The notes under the pieces were generated by a model. The model saw nothing but the letters and a program-made list of their open reading frames with translations. It was not told the DNA's origin and made no database searches. Of a stretch of 64,000 nucleotides of DNA, positions 39,726 to 49,829 are shown in pieces. The translations under genes were made by a program, and so were the position numbers. Each line of letters opens with the position of its first letter. The first letter of the stretch is position 1. The DNA lies in contig JACRMP010000005.1 of the NCBI GenBank assembly GCA_016214885.1, forward strand, positions 6,725 through 70,724, in the 5' to 3' direction. Source of the stretch: Candidatus Gottesmanbacteria bacterium (GTDB lineage: Bacteria; Patescibacteriota; Microgenomatia; UBA10105; UBA927).

Positions 39726-41210
39726 TTACTGGGGCTTGTTGAGGACTATGGGGCGGATCCTGCTCATCGCTTCCAGACTATACCGAACTCCCTGGACACC
39801 AACTCCGGAATTCTTTACTCCCAGAAAAGGAAAATGGTCTGGCCCGCGCTGTGGGCTCCCGTTTATCTGCACCGTGCCCACATGCAGTTTTTTCGCAAAC
39901 ACAAGACCTGTCCCTTCATCTTTGGTGAAGATACTTGCCTGCAACCCATATGACGACCGGTTTATAATCGATGCCATTTCATCAAACGAAGCAACATCAA
40001 CAAACGACACCACCGGTCCGAACGTTTCTTTGGCAATAACCGGCATTGACGGTATCACCCCGGTAAGTACGGTGGGCTCGATCATGGCATGATCGCGCTT
40101 TCCTCCGGTCACAAGGGTAGCCCCGTTTTTTACGGAGACGGCTATCGCTTCTTCTATGCGCTTGGCAGCTTCCTCGGAAATAACGGGGCCTACTAATTTG
40201 GTATCAGGGCTCCGCGGATCCCCCGCTTTGACCATTTCCGGCAGGGTTTTCATAACAATAGCCACCAATTGATCACGGATGGCAGGAGTAGTCAGTACAT
40301 ACTTAATACCGGTGCACCGCTGGCCGCTGTAGGCAAACGCGCCCTTAATGATCTCGCGGGCAGTAGCTGCCAGATCGGCATCCGGCATAACCACTACGGG
40401 ATTATTTCCGCCGCATTCAAACAATAATGGTTTCATGGCTGCTTTGCCGGCAATGGCTAACCCGGTGTCTGAATTACCCGTAAATGCAACCATGGAAACT
40501 TTGGGGTGGGAGACCAGATAATCACCGATTACTTCACCCGTGCCGGTAAGTGTGGTGATGACTCCGGGCGGCACACCTGCTTTTTGAAATATCCGGACAA
40601 GATGGGTGGCCGATATACCTCCCTGTGTAGGAGGTTTTACCACCACACTATTGCCCATAAGCAATGCTGGCGCTATTTTACTCGCGGTAAGATTTACCGG
40701 ATAGTTAAACGGTGCAATAGCAAGTACGGTACCATGGGCCACCCGCTCGATCATGGCTATTCTTCCCTTTTCAAATCCGGGGAAATTATCACTATCAAGG
40801 GTTGTCCCCTGTATTGATTGCGCTTCATCAGCAAAATAATCGATAAGATCTGCGGTTCTTACTATTTCACCCTTGGCTTCGTCGGATGACTTGCCTATCT
40901 CACGGATAAGCAGATTTCCCATATACTCCTGAAAATGACGGATCCAGTCCGCGGCTAAATGAATAATACCCACCCGTTTAAAAAGCGGCGTCGCTTCCCA
41001 GGCAGCCTGTGCATCACCCGCAACCTGCAGCACTGTATCAATTTCTTCATGGGTAACAATAGGAAGGGTGCCAACTACCGCGTTATCAATCGGGGAAACA
41101 ACAGGAACGCTTTTGCCGGAGCCGCTTGCTTTCCAAGTTGATCCGTCAAAATAGTAATAATTAGGTATTGTAGCTGCATCACTTATTTCAGAAAAAAATT
41201 CAGCGGGCAT
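39726..41210 (-). CDS. gapN: non-phosphorylating NADP-dependent glyceraldehyde-3-phosphate dehydrogenase
   Basis: ALDH motifs PFNYPVNL, KPPTQG, YSGQRCT and C-terminal RGPDHFPFLGVKNSGVGVQG. Confidence 0.9.
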   Translation of the reverse strand: MPAEFFSEISDAATIPNYYYFDGSTWKASGSGKSVPVVSPIDNAVVGTLPIVTHEEIDTVLQVAGDAQAAWEATPLFKRVGIIHLAADWIRHFQEYMGNLLIREIGKSSDEAKGEIVRTADLIDYFADEAQSIQGTTLDSDNFPGFEKGRIAMIERVAHGTVLAIAPFNYPVNLTASKIAPALLMGNSVVVKPPTQGGISATHLVRIFQKAGVPPGVITTLTGTGEVIGDYLVSHPKVSMVAFTGNSDTGLAIAGKAAMKPLLFECGGNNPVVVMPDADLAATAREIIKGAFAYSGQRCTGIKYVLTTPAIRDQLVAIVMKTLPEMVKAGDPRSPDTKLVGPVISEEAAKRIEEAIAVSVKNGATLVTGGKRDHAMIEPTVLTGVIPSMPVIAKETFGPVVSFVDVASFDEMASIINRSSYGLQASIFTKDEGTGLVFAKKLHVGTVQINGSPQRGPDHFPFLGVKNSGVGVQGVRYSLEAMSRIRPIVLNKPQ

Positions 41211-41256
41211 ATACCCAGTATAGACTGAGGATCACGGGAAACCAATACAGTAGGTT

Positions 41257-41751
41257 TCAGTAAGACGGATTTCCGACCTGAAGTATCCGCTCCACAATAG
41301 CGCCCTTGGCATCCTGGGGTGCCAATCCCTTCGATTTTTTTATGTCACGGGCGTCTTTCATGGCCTTAAGCTCCGTTGCTTTTTCTGCAACCCCGATTCC
41401 CGTTGCGGTAGCGGCTAGAGCTGCCTTGGAAACGGGTTCCGGATCAATGAATGCCCCAACCGAAGCGATAATTCCCAGCGTTTTCATAAGCATTTTATTT
41501 TTGGTTTTCTTGGCCTCATCTTTTACCACGCCGCCCCCTGATTCAATTGCGGATTTGAGCCTGTTGGCAGCTCCCTGCGGCGACTCGCCGGTTACTGCTT
41601 TTTTCTTAACTGCATTGAATGCATGGCGGTCAACCTGTTCGATGCCCCGTGATTTTTCTTTCACCCAATTGCTGATCCGCTCGCTTACTTTTTTACGGAT
41701 TTCCGCTCCCTTTGCGGCTTTCACTTCTTCTGATTGTATTTCTTCGCTCAT
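41257..41751 (-). CDS. hypothetical protein
   Basis: Lys/Ala-rich ORF co-oriented with neighbours. Confidence 0.6.
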   Translation of the reverse strand: MSEEIQSEEVKAAKGAEIRKKVSERISNWVKEKSRGIEQVDRHAFNAVKKKAVTGESPQGAANRLKSAIESGGGVVKDEAKKTKNKMLMKTLGIIASVGAFIDPEPVSKAALAATATGIGVAEKATELKAMKDARDIKKSKGLAPQDAKGAIVERILQVGNPSY

Positions 41752-41770
41752 AGGCGTGTAACGTTTCCTA

Positions 41771-42079
41771 TTATACCCCCGACTCCAAAAGGGCTGTATC
41801 GATTTCACCCAATACACTTATCATGGATGCTTCGATTTCTTCCATGACACCTTCTGCATTCACCACCCCGGCAATAAGCTGAATATAACGATCCAATGTA
41901 ACCGATGACAAATCATGGGTGAGTTCGTGCAGTTTATCTTTCGGTACATGTGAAACGAGCACCGGGGCAACCGCCGCCTGAAGCGCATGCCTCACCTGAA
42001 CATAGAGATGATCCTTGTCCGAATCCCCGATGGGAGCGCTTTCAATTCTGGTAACTATTGCCAAAAGTTTTTCTTCCAT
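41771..42079 (-). CDS. hypothetical protein
   Basis: Helical ORF filling the gap between co-oriented genes. Confidence 0.65.
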   Translation of the reverse strand: MEEKLLAIVTRIESAPIGDSDKDHLYVQVRHALQAAVAPVLVSHVPKDKLHELTHDLSSVTLDRYIQLIAGVVNAEGVMEEIEASMISVLGEIDTALLESGV

Positions 42080-42090
42080 ATGATACATAA

Positions 42091-42825
42091 TTACCGGTCC
42101 ATTCTTTTTACCACGACGCAAGTTTTATTCTCCGTTGACCCGTTTTCCTCCGCTGAAGCAAGAATGCCGGTCACTGCCGAAGCAGCGCTTTCTGCAGTGC
42201 TCCCAATCCGGGAAACCGCCGTCGATAAATCCATGGGGGTGAGATAATTGCCGCAGCCGGTAGTTGTCATAATTATCGCGTCTCCGGGATCCAATGATGC
42301 GGTTTTATAAAACGGTACCAGACCCAGACGTCGTATCCCCAACACATCCTGAGAGTTTCCGCTGAATGCATCGGATTCCGGAGTAAGCTTGGTCATTACA
42401 CTCCCGTGAACAAGCCACGCACTCGACGGACCCGCCTGTCCCAACCAATACTGCTTAGCCCCAACCAAAAGCACCATAAGGCTTGTGGCCATCCCCCCTT
42501 CATATCCCGCCTCCCGTTGCTTTTGCCACACCGCAAGATTTGTCGAGCGGAATATCCGTTTCATAAATAATTTTTTGTCCAACCAATAATACCGATGCTG
42601 ACGGATATGCTTATACGCCCAAATTGCTGTTTCACAGGCAAATTTTGCGGCTACGGCACTGTGGGGAAATGAATCCACCCCGTCTGCCATAACAAAGCAC
42701 TCATCATTAAAATTGAGAAAATAATCGTTTTGTGTTTTCTGGGATCCGGGAACCTGGCTGGCGGCAAAAACAATAGTCTCACGGGACGGTTTAATTTTTA
42801 AGGCATACGGATCAGCAAGTCGCAT
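42091..42825 (-). CDS. PP2C-fold protein with degenerate catalytic motifs
   Basis: QND, MADG, GMATSL present; SDG replaced by TTG and DN by EN. Confidence 0.8.
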   Translation of the reverse strand: MRLADPYALKIKPSRETIVFAASQVPGSQKTQNDYFLNFNDECFVMADGVDSFPHSAVAAKFACETAIWAYKHIRQHRYYWLDKKLFMKRIFRSTNLAVWQKQREAGYEGGMATSLMVLLVGAKQYWLGQAGPSSAWLVHGSVMTKLTPESDAFSGNSQDVLGIRRLGLVPFYKTASLDPGDAIIMTTTGCGNYLTPMDLSTAVSRIGSTAESAASAVTGILASAEENGSTENKTCVVVKRMDR

Positions 42826-42828
42826 AGC

Positions 42829-43437
42829 TTATGTTGTGGCTGCCGCAAACCGTTTTTCTACCTCGGCCCAATTCACCACATGCCACCACGCGGCTATGTA
42901 GTCTGCGCGTAGATTCTGATATTTAAGATAATAGGCATGCTCCCAAACATCCAGGCCCAGTATCGGCGTCTTGCCCTCCATATATGGGCTATCCTGATTA
43001 GGGGTGTCCGTAATAACAAGCGATTTACCCTCAGGTACAAGCCACACCCATCCGCTACCGAACCGGCCTATACCGCTGGCTGCAAATTTAGCCTGGAAAT
43101 CAGCAAACGATCCGAATGAACCGGTAATTGCTGCAGCAAGATCACCCTTTGGCTCACCGCCTCCGTTAGGGGTCATTATTTCCCAAAACATGGTGTGGTT
43201 TACATGCCCCCCGCAGTTATTTCGTACTTTTGTGCGTATATCTTCGGGCACCTTGGCTAAGTCGCGGATGATGGCGACCGGATCCAGCGCCATTAACTCT
43301 TCTTTGCCGCTTAATGCATCGTTCAGATTTTTGACATATGCGGCGTGGTGCTTGTCATGATGAATCTGCATCGTGCGTTCATCGATAAATGGTTCCAGTG
43401 CATTATAGGCATAGGGAAGATCGTCGAGTGTAAACAT
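42829..43437 (-). CDS. sodA: Fe/Mn superoxide dismutase
   Basis: [25 protein letters not shown]. Confidence 0.95.
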   Translation of the reverse strand: MFTLDDLPYAYNALEPFIDERTMQIHHDKHHAAYVKNLNDALSGKEELMALDPVAIIRDLAKVPEDIRTKVRNNCGGHVNHTMFWEIMTPNGGGEPKGDLAAAITGSFGSFADFQAKFAASGIGRFGSGWVWLVPEGKSLVITDTPNQDSPYMEGKTPILGLDVWEHAYYLKYQNLRADYIAAWWHVVNWAEVEKRFAAATT

Positions 43438-43476
43438 AAGTAGAGTCTCCTTCTTACATTATTATATAATGTCCTC

Positions 43477-45606
43477 ATGGCCATTCCTAGTGGACTTCGG
43501 TTAACTGGTGCAAAAAAGTTTTTTGTAAAACACCGCAAATTTATTTTTTGGATTTTTCCGGTGGCACTCATCGGCGTATTTTATTGGGTTATCCTCCGCG
43601 ATCTTCCCTCGCCTGCCAAGCTTGGCCGGTATGATGTACCGCTGGCCACCAAAATCTATGACCGTAAAGGCGAACTGTTATTTGATATCTTTGCTGACCA
43701 AAACCGCTCTCCTGTTCCGCTATCCGACATACCCAAAATTGTACGGGATGCAACCATTGCCATAGAAGATAAAACGTTTTATCAGCATTCAGGCATCAAC
43801 CCAATAGGAGGAGTCGTTCGCGCGCTCTATGCATCAGTACTTAACAAAAAACTTCAGGGGGGCTCAACGATCACCCAACAACTCGTTAAATCAGCGCTCC
43901 TCACTCCGGAACGCACCGTAACCCGGAAGCTTAAGGAATTTTTACTTGCCCCCACTGTCGAACTTTTATACTCCAAAGATAAAATACTCGAAATGTATCT
44001 TAATACCGTGCCGTACGGGGGTACTGCATGGGGCATCGAAACCGCCGCAGAAAAATATTTCGGTGTATCAATAAAAGATGTAACGCTTGCACAAGCTGCC
44101 ATTCTGGCAGGACTCCCCCAGGCACCCACCCTCTATTCCCCGTTCGGGGCTCATCCGGAACTGGCAAAAGAACGGCAAAAGGAAGTGCTCCGTAGAATGA
44201 CGGAGGATGGGTATATCACCAAAGTCCTGGTAGAACGGGGTGGTCTTAAAGTCACAACAACGCTTGATCTGGAACTCCAGAACTATACCCAGGCGACCGT
44301 TGCCGCTGAAGTGGCGAAGCTCAAAAATCTTCGGGTTGGCAACGGGGCAGCCATCGTAACAAAGCCTTCTACCGGTGAAATTCTTGCCATGGTGGGATCT
44401 ATCGATTATTTCGCTACGCCCTCAGGATCATTTAACGTAACAACGGCGTTACGCCAACCCGGATCATCCATTAAGCCCATAAACTATGCAATCGGCATAG
44501 AGAATAAAATAGTAACACCCGCAACTACATTCCTGGATGTTCCCACTTGTTTTATAGGCAGTCCCGGACAACCCATTTACTGTCCGCGTAATTATGACGG
44601 CACCTTCAGGGGACCGGTACAACTCCGGTTTGCCCTCGGTAACTCACTCAATATTCCGGCAGTAAAAATGCTTTATCTAAATACGGTGCAGGGCATGGTG
44701 GCATCCGCAAGTGCATTTGGTCTCGACACGCTTACCGACCCAAGTAAATATGGGCTTTCCCTCACTTTGGGAGGCGGCGAAGTCCGCATGACGGATATGG
44801 CCGAGGCATTCTCGGTGTTTGCTAATGCGGGTATCCGTCATGATCTGGTTTCCATTCTTAAAGTCGTCGATAAAAACGGAAAAGTACTGGAAGAAAATAA
44901 AGATCCGAATATTGCCAAAGACATACCCTCACAACTACTACTCACCGGACAACGCACCGTGTCTCCCGAGACGGCATTTCTTATTTCACACATGCTTTTG
45001 GACAACAACGCCAGACAACAGGCATTCGGACCAAATTCAGCACTTGTCATCCCCAACCGTGCAGTGTCGGTGAAAACCGGTACTACCAACGATTTACGGG
45101 ATAACTGGACAATTGGATACACCCCTCAATTCCTCGTTGCCGCTTGGGTCGGCAACAACGATAACTCCCCGATGAACCCGTATCTTACCTCAGGTGTTAC
45201 GGGGGCTGCCCCCATATGGAATAAAATCATGCGGCGCGTACTGGAAGGTAAGCCTGATATTTGGCCGAAACAGCCGGATGGCATCACGGGAGGCCGCGTT
45301 TGCACCACCAACGGATTACTGCCTCCTAACACCAGCGGAACCCCCAACCAGCAGGATTCTGCAGGAAGTCAACCGGACGAAGCGCTCGGATGTCCCACGC
45401 GGTACGAATATTTTATCAAGGGGACTGTGGCAAGAAGCACAAGTTCCCGGCAGATAGTTCCCATTGATAAAACAACCGGAGACCTCGCCGCTCCGGGGAT
45501 AACTGAAAACATAGAAATGCAGGAACACGATATCGCATGGGACGGAGTCACCCGCTGGTGCCTGGACTGCACCCATCCCGAAGGCAAAGCCGTCATCGTG
45601 AAGTAG
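43477..45606 (+). CDS. class A penicillin-binding protein (copy 1, with internal deletion)
   Basis: IED..F..H, GGSTITQQLVK, RQPGSSIKP, SLN, KTGT. Confidence 0.93.
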   Translation: MAIPSGLRLTGAKKFFVKHRKFIFWIFPVALIGVFYWVILRDLPSPAKLGRYDVPLATKIYDRKGELLFDIFADQNRSPVPLSDIPKIVRDATIAIEDKTFYQHSGINPIGGVVRALYASVLNKKLQGGSTITQQLVKSALLTPERTVTRKLKEFLLAPTVELLYSKDKILEMYLNTVPYGGTAWGIETAAEKYFGVSIKDVTLAQAAILAGLPQAPTLYSPFGAHPELAKERQKEVLRRMTEDGYITKVLVERGGLKVTTTLDLELQNYTQATVAAEVAKLKNLRVGNGAAIVTKPSTGEILAMVGSIDYFATPSGSFNVTTALRQPGSSIKPINYAIGIENKIVTPATTFLDVPTCFIGSPGQPIYCPRNYDGTFRGPVQLRFALGNSLNIPAVKMLYLNTVQGMVASASAFGLDTLTDPSKYGLSLTLGGGEVRMTDMAEAFSVFANAGIRHDLVSILKVVDKNGKVLEENKDPNIAKDIPSQLLLTGQRTVSPETAFLISHMLLDNNARQQAFGPNSALVIPNRAVSVKTGTTNDLRDNWTIGYTPQFLVAAWVGNNDNSPMNPYLTSGVTGAAPIWNKIMRRVLEGKPDIWPKQPDGITGGRVCTTNGLLPPNTSGTPNQQDSAGSQPDEALGCPTRYEYFIKGTVARSTSSRQIVPIDKTTGDLAAPGITENIEMQEHDIAWDGVTRWCLDCTHPEGKAVIVK

Positions 45607-45695
45607 ACAACCATACAACGTCACTGCATTGATTATGGCGCGGCAGAATCACCCCTTGTCGGAACACCCGGCGACATGATATAAAAAATGGCGCT

Positions 45696-48185
45696 ATGGC
45701 GCTCCGCAGACAACATCTACAAAATAAACCATATCTCAACCCCGCGGCACGATTAGTGCTCTTTTTTATTCTCACTCTCATCACCATCGGAAGCACGCTG
45801 AAAAACAGCATATGGTTTGTCATCATGATCCCGGTAAGAATAACCTCTACGGCAAATACAATTCTTAGGGAAATTGCCAGAGGCGTCATGAGCTGGACGA
45901 CGGAAAAACGGTTAACAAAAATAAAAACAAAGGAAAAAATCAACAGACCCAAACGGATTAAGCGCGCACCCATGATCTTTACTTCATGGTTTGATGTACG
46001 GCTAAAAACTATTGCCGGAGCATTCGGAAAAAACATCCGCTCCTTCCGTTTTCCGCAAATTTCAAAGCCGCATATCACCATGCCGAAGCTTATTCTTCCC
46101 CATATAACACTGCCGCACGTAACACTTCCCAACATAAAACTCACGCTGCCGCCCCGGGTCAAAACCAAACCAGCTCCCGCCCAGCGCACCCATCAGCCGA
46201 CTATTATAAATGCTTCCCACCCGTTCGTTCAGATCCGCTCGTTTGCCATCGGCGTATTCCTCACGTTGCTGTTTATCTTTGTCCCCTATAACACGTGGCT
46301 GTTCCTCAAATCTCTCCCCAATCCGCAACTCCTTACCCAACGGGATCTTGAGGTGAGTACGAAAATTATGGACAGAAACGGCCAGCTTTTATACGAAATT
46401 TATGTGGATCAGAATAGAACCCCGGTTAAACTTGAAGACATACCCCTTGTGGTAAAACAGGCAACCATTGCCATTGAAGATCACGACTTTTATTACCACC
46501 CGGGATTTTCCATCCGGGGAATATTCCGTGCACTCTCGGAAATCCTTGTGCACAAACAGATCCAGGGCGGCTCAACCATTACCCAACAGCTTATTAAATC
46601 CGCCCTCCTCACCCCGGAAGTAAGTGTTATCCGGAAAACAAAAGAAATAATTCTTGCATTCTGGGCAGAACGGCTATTTTCTAAAGATCAGATATTTGAG
46701 ATGTACTTAAATCAAGTGCCATACGGAGGTACTGCCTGGGGGATCGAATCTGCAGCCCAAACGTACTTTAGAAAATCAGTTACCCAGCTTACCCTTGCAG
46801 AAGCCGCCCTGCTTGCCGGCCTTCCAGCCGCCCCCAGTGAATACTCTCCCTTTGGCAGCCATCCCGAAAAAGCCATTGTCCGGCAGCATGAAGTACTGGA
46901 GCGCATGCAGATCGACGGCTATATAACGGCAGAACAAAAACAGCAGGCAATCGCCACTCAACTCAGATTTGCCCAACCAAGAATCGGCATCAGGGCGCCT
47001 CACTTTGTCATGTATATAAAAGAACTGCTCGAAAAAACCTATGGTCCACGATTACTGGAACGCGGAGGTCTCCGGGTGGTTACCTCGCTCGATTTAAGCA
47101 TCCAGGAAAAAGTCGAAGAAATTGTTAAAACACATATCGATAATCTAAGCGCACTCCAGGTGGGAAATGGGGCCGCTCTCATCACCAATCCCCGGAGCGG
47201 GGACATTATAGCCATGGTCGGAAGCCGGGATTACTTTGACACAGCGCGCGACGGGAATGTAAATGTGGTAACGGCCCCCCAGCAGCCCGGCTCATCCATA
47301 AAAGTTATCCCGTATGCCGCAGCATTGGAAAACGGCATGACCGCAGCAACCATCATCAACGACGCTCCCGTGGTATACCAAACTGCAGGGAGCCCGCCCT
47401 ATGCCCCCGTAAATTACGACGGCAAATTCCACGGGCCGGTGCCCCTCCGGTATGCGCTCGGCAATTCTTACAATATCCCCGCTGTTAAAACACTTGAATC
47501 AATTGGACTTCCCGCAGCTCTGGAAAAAGCAAAAGCAATGGGCATCGACTCGTGGAGCAGCGACCCATCCCGCTACGGCTTGTCATTGGCGCTCGGTGGT
47601 GGTGACGTCACCATGCTTGAGATGGCCAAAGTCTACGGCAGTCTGGCAAACATGGGCAAACGGCAGGATTTGCGTCCAATCCTTCAGGTTTCTGACTACA
47701 CCGGAAGGGTATTAGAAGACCACCGCCCCACCAAGTCTACCGATGCAGTCAAACCGGAAGTCGCCTGGATTATTTCCAATATTCTGGCGGACAATGCGGC
47801 GCGCACCCAGGCATTCGGCCCCAATTCATCGCTTATCATCCCCGGACATACTGTATCAGTCAAAACCGGAACAACCAATGACAAACGGGATAACTGGACG
47901 GTCGGATATACCCCTTCGTATACCGCAGTAGTGTGGGTCGGCAACAATGATAACTCCCCGATGAATCCGTATCTTACTTCGGGTATTACGGGGGCAGCCC
48001 CCATATGGCACGATATTATGGTGGAGATACTCAAAGGCCACCCCGATGAAACACAGCCCAAACCGGATACTATCGTTTCCCTTCCCTGTTATTTCGGAAA
48101 AATTGAATATTTCATAAGCGGCACCGAGCCCACCGGCGGCAGATGTGCTGCAATACCCACTCAAACACCAACCCCTACCCCATGA
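45696..48185 (+). CDS. class A penicillin-binding protein (copy 2, N-terminally extended)
   Basis: IED..F..H, GGSTITQQLIK, QPGSSIK, SYN, KTGT. Confidence 0.93.
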   Translation: MALRRQHLQNKPYLNPAARLVLFFILTLITIGSTLKNSIWFVIMIPVRITSTANTILREIARGVMSWTTEKRLTKIKTKEKINRPKRIKRAPMIFTSWFDVRLKTIAGAFGKNIRSFRFPQISKPHITMPKLILPHITLPHVTLPNIKLTLPPRVKTKPAPAQRTHQPTIINASHPFVQIRSFAIGVFLTLLFIFVPYNTWLFLKSLPNPQLLTQRDLEVSTKIMDRNGQLLYEIYVDQNRTPVKLEDIPLVVKQATIAIEDHDFYYHPGFSIRGIFRALSEILVHKQIQGGSTITQQLIKSALLTPEVSVIRKTKEIILAFWAERLFSKDQIFEMYLNQVPYGGTAWGIESAAQTYFRKSVTQLTLAEAALLAGLPAAPSEYSPFGSHPEKAIVRQHEVLERMQIDGYITAEQKQQAIATQLRFAQPRIGIRAPHFVMYIKELLEKTYGPRLLERGGLRVVTSLDLSIQEKVEEIVKTHIDNLSALQVGNGAALITNPRSGDIIAMVGSRDYFDTARDGNVNVVTAPQQPGSSIKVIPYAAALENGMTAATIINDAPVVYQTAGSPPYAPVNYDGKFHGPVPLRYALGNSYNIPAVKTLESIGLPAALEKAKAMGIDSWSSDPSRYGLSLALGGGDVTMLEMAKVYGSLANMGKRQDLRPILQVSDYTGRVLEDHRPTKSTDAVKPEVAWIISNILADNAARTQAFGPNSSLIIPGHTVSVKTGTTNDKRDNWTVGYTPSYTAVVWVGNNDNSPMNPYLTSGITGAAPIWHDIMVEILKGHPDETQPKPDTIVSLPCYFGKIEYFISGTEPTGGRCAAIPTQTPTPTP

Positions 48186-48227
48186 AACTCCATGGGCTAA
48201 TGCCTACGGTTTTCTGATCGATCGAAT

Positions 48228-48264
48228 AAAAAAGCCCCCGGGGATTAGCCGGAGGCTATTTTTT
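48228..48264. terminator. probable bidirectional terminator
   Basis: A run, agcccccgg/ccggaggct stem, T run, between convergent genes. Confidence 0.7.
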
Positions 48265-48281
48265 CTATAAAACTATTGCAT

Positions 48282-48758
48282 TTACTCTGTCACAATCACC
48301 GTTCCTCCGTCAGTGGGTTTAACATGATTGTGATATTTCCAGGTGCCGACTTTGGCAAACGTATACTCGTATACGCCTCCCTTTGCCACACTTTTCAACT
48401 GATCAAAACCGGGAAGTAACTGGTGTGTCGGATGTACTCCTGACGCAGTCCACATCCCGCTCGAACTATCGTTTCTGAAAGTCACTTTTGTACCTTTTTT
48501 GACGGTGAGCGTTGCCGGAGTATAACCCGTATCGGTGTAGGAGACTTCTCCTTGTGTCATGACGCCGCCTTTACCGGAACCGACAACTGCAGATTCTTCG
48601 GTAATAATAACATTCCCATTCTGCTCTCCTGCAGCCGGAGTAACTACGGCATTCGGTGCAATCTGCATGCCGGGAAGCTTTGCTCCGCCGCGGAACATAT
48701 ACCATCCAACCACTCCACCTACGAGAACCACCATAATGCCTACTAATACTTTATTCAT
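48282..48758 (-). CDS. cupredoxin-fold membrane-anchored protein
   Basis: YTPATLTVKKGTKVTF.N, HPTH, YTF..VGTWKYHNH; lacks the canonical Cys ligand. Confidence 0.8.
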   Translation of the reverse strand: MNKVLVGIMVVLVGGVVGWYMFRGGAKLPGMQIAPNAVVTPAAGEQNGNVIITEESAVVGSGKGGVMTQGEVSYTDTGYTPATLTVKKGTKVTFRNDSSSGMWTASGVHPTHQLLPGFDQLKSVAKGGVYEYTFAKVGTWKYHNHVKPTDGGTVIVTE

Positions 48759-48789
48759 AATCGCTTCACCTCCTTTATAAGGGTACCGC

Positions 48790-49260
48790 TTAGGTATACC
48801 TGTCTGCAACTTTACTTGCCGCATAACTATCCGGCTTCATCTTTACGGGAAACCCGCTCCCCCGGATCATGCCGATAATTTCCGATATCATTTCCCGGGT
48901 AGGACCCGAAGCCCCTATGTCTACGTGTATTTCTATATCATATTTAGTGATTCCATCATCACGCAGCAATTCAACGACTTCTTCTGCCATAGCAAGCGAC
49001 ATCGTCGCTTCTTCATACATGCGCTGCCGCAAAACGTAGGGCTTTTTGTTAACGAGACGCTTCCAAAAATAGATACCTCCGTTTCCTACTCTATGGACGA
49101 CAATTGCCGTGACGAAATCAACACCGCTCCCGTTATGCGGCTGTGAATCGGTACCGACAATTATCTGATACACGCTTGCAGGATCTTTGGACAAAAAATC
49201 AATAATATGGGTGCGTACCCCGGGGAGCTCTACTTCGCCAAACGTCGGGCTTTGGAACAT
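48790..49260 (-). CDS. RNase H-like YkuK (DUF458) protein
   Basis: IIVGTDSQ, IEIHVDIG, KPDSYAASKVAD. Confidence 0.88.
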   Translation of the reverse strand: MFQSPTFGEVELPGVRTHIIDFLSKDPASVYQIIVGTDSQPHNGSGVDFVTAIVVHRVGNGGIYFWKRLVNKKPYVLRQRMYEEATMSLAMAEEVVELLRDDGITKYDIEIHVDIGASGPTREMISEIIGMIRGSGFPVKMKPDSYAASKVADRYT

Positions 49261-49313
49261 AGATAGCGACATGGTAGCAAAAAGGGGCGGACGAAACAAA
49301 TCCGGCGCCTTAC

Positions 49314-49341
49314 AAAAACCCAGCCCCTTACGGGGCTGGGT
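49314..49341 (-). terminator. terminator of the RRM gene
   Basis: acccagcccc-ttac-ggggctgggt, with a T run on the minus strand. Confidence 0.85.
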
Positions 49342-49366
49342 AATTTTTATACGCTTCGTTTCAGGT

Positions 49367-49633
49367 TTACTGTCTTGGGCGTTCCTCGCGCGGTCGGGCT
49401 TCATTAACGACTAATGGACGTCCATTGACATCCTTACCGTTGAACATCTCGATCGCTTTCTTACTCTCTTCATCAGAAGACATTTCCACAAATCCAAAAC
49501 CGCGTGAGCGGCCGGAATATTTGTCAGAAATAACTTTTGCAGACACGACTGTTCCGGCTTGAGCAAATGTTTGCGCCAAATCATCACTGGTCATGTTGTA
49601 GGGCAAATTGCCTACGAATAGATTGATTGCCAT
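49367..49633 (-). CDS. RRM RNA-binding protein
   Basis: RNP2 LFVGNL and RNP1 RGFGFVEM. Confidence 0.96.
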   Translation of the reverse strand: MAINLFVGNLPYNMTSDDLAQTFAQAGTVVSAKVISDKYSGRSRGFGFVEMSSDEESKKAIEMFNGKDVNGRPLVVNEARPREERPRQ

Positions 49634-49829
49634 AGTAGAATTCCTTTCCCCTTAGGTCTTGAAGGAGACACCCATTTGCCTAAGAGAAATCGTACAAGAA
49701 GACTCTCCAGAACTGGACATTGTCACCACTTTGTTCCCAGGACAAAAGAAGTATACCATAAACTACTCCGGAGAATCCACTTTACCCCGCCACAATAACC
49801 CGGCGGATACATTCACGTCAGGAAGCTAG

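Noticed and set aside
49634-49755. Long 5' UTR of the RRM gene as a thermosensor-like RNA
   Set aside because: Plausible, but I could not establish a specific structure or family from the sequence alone.
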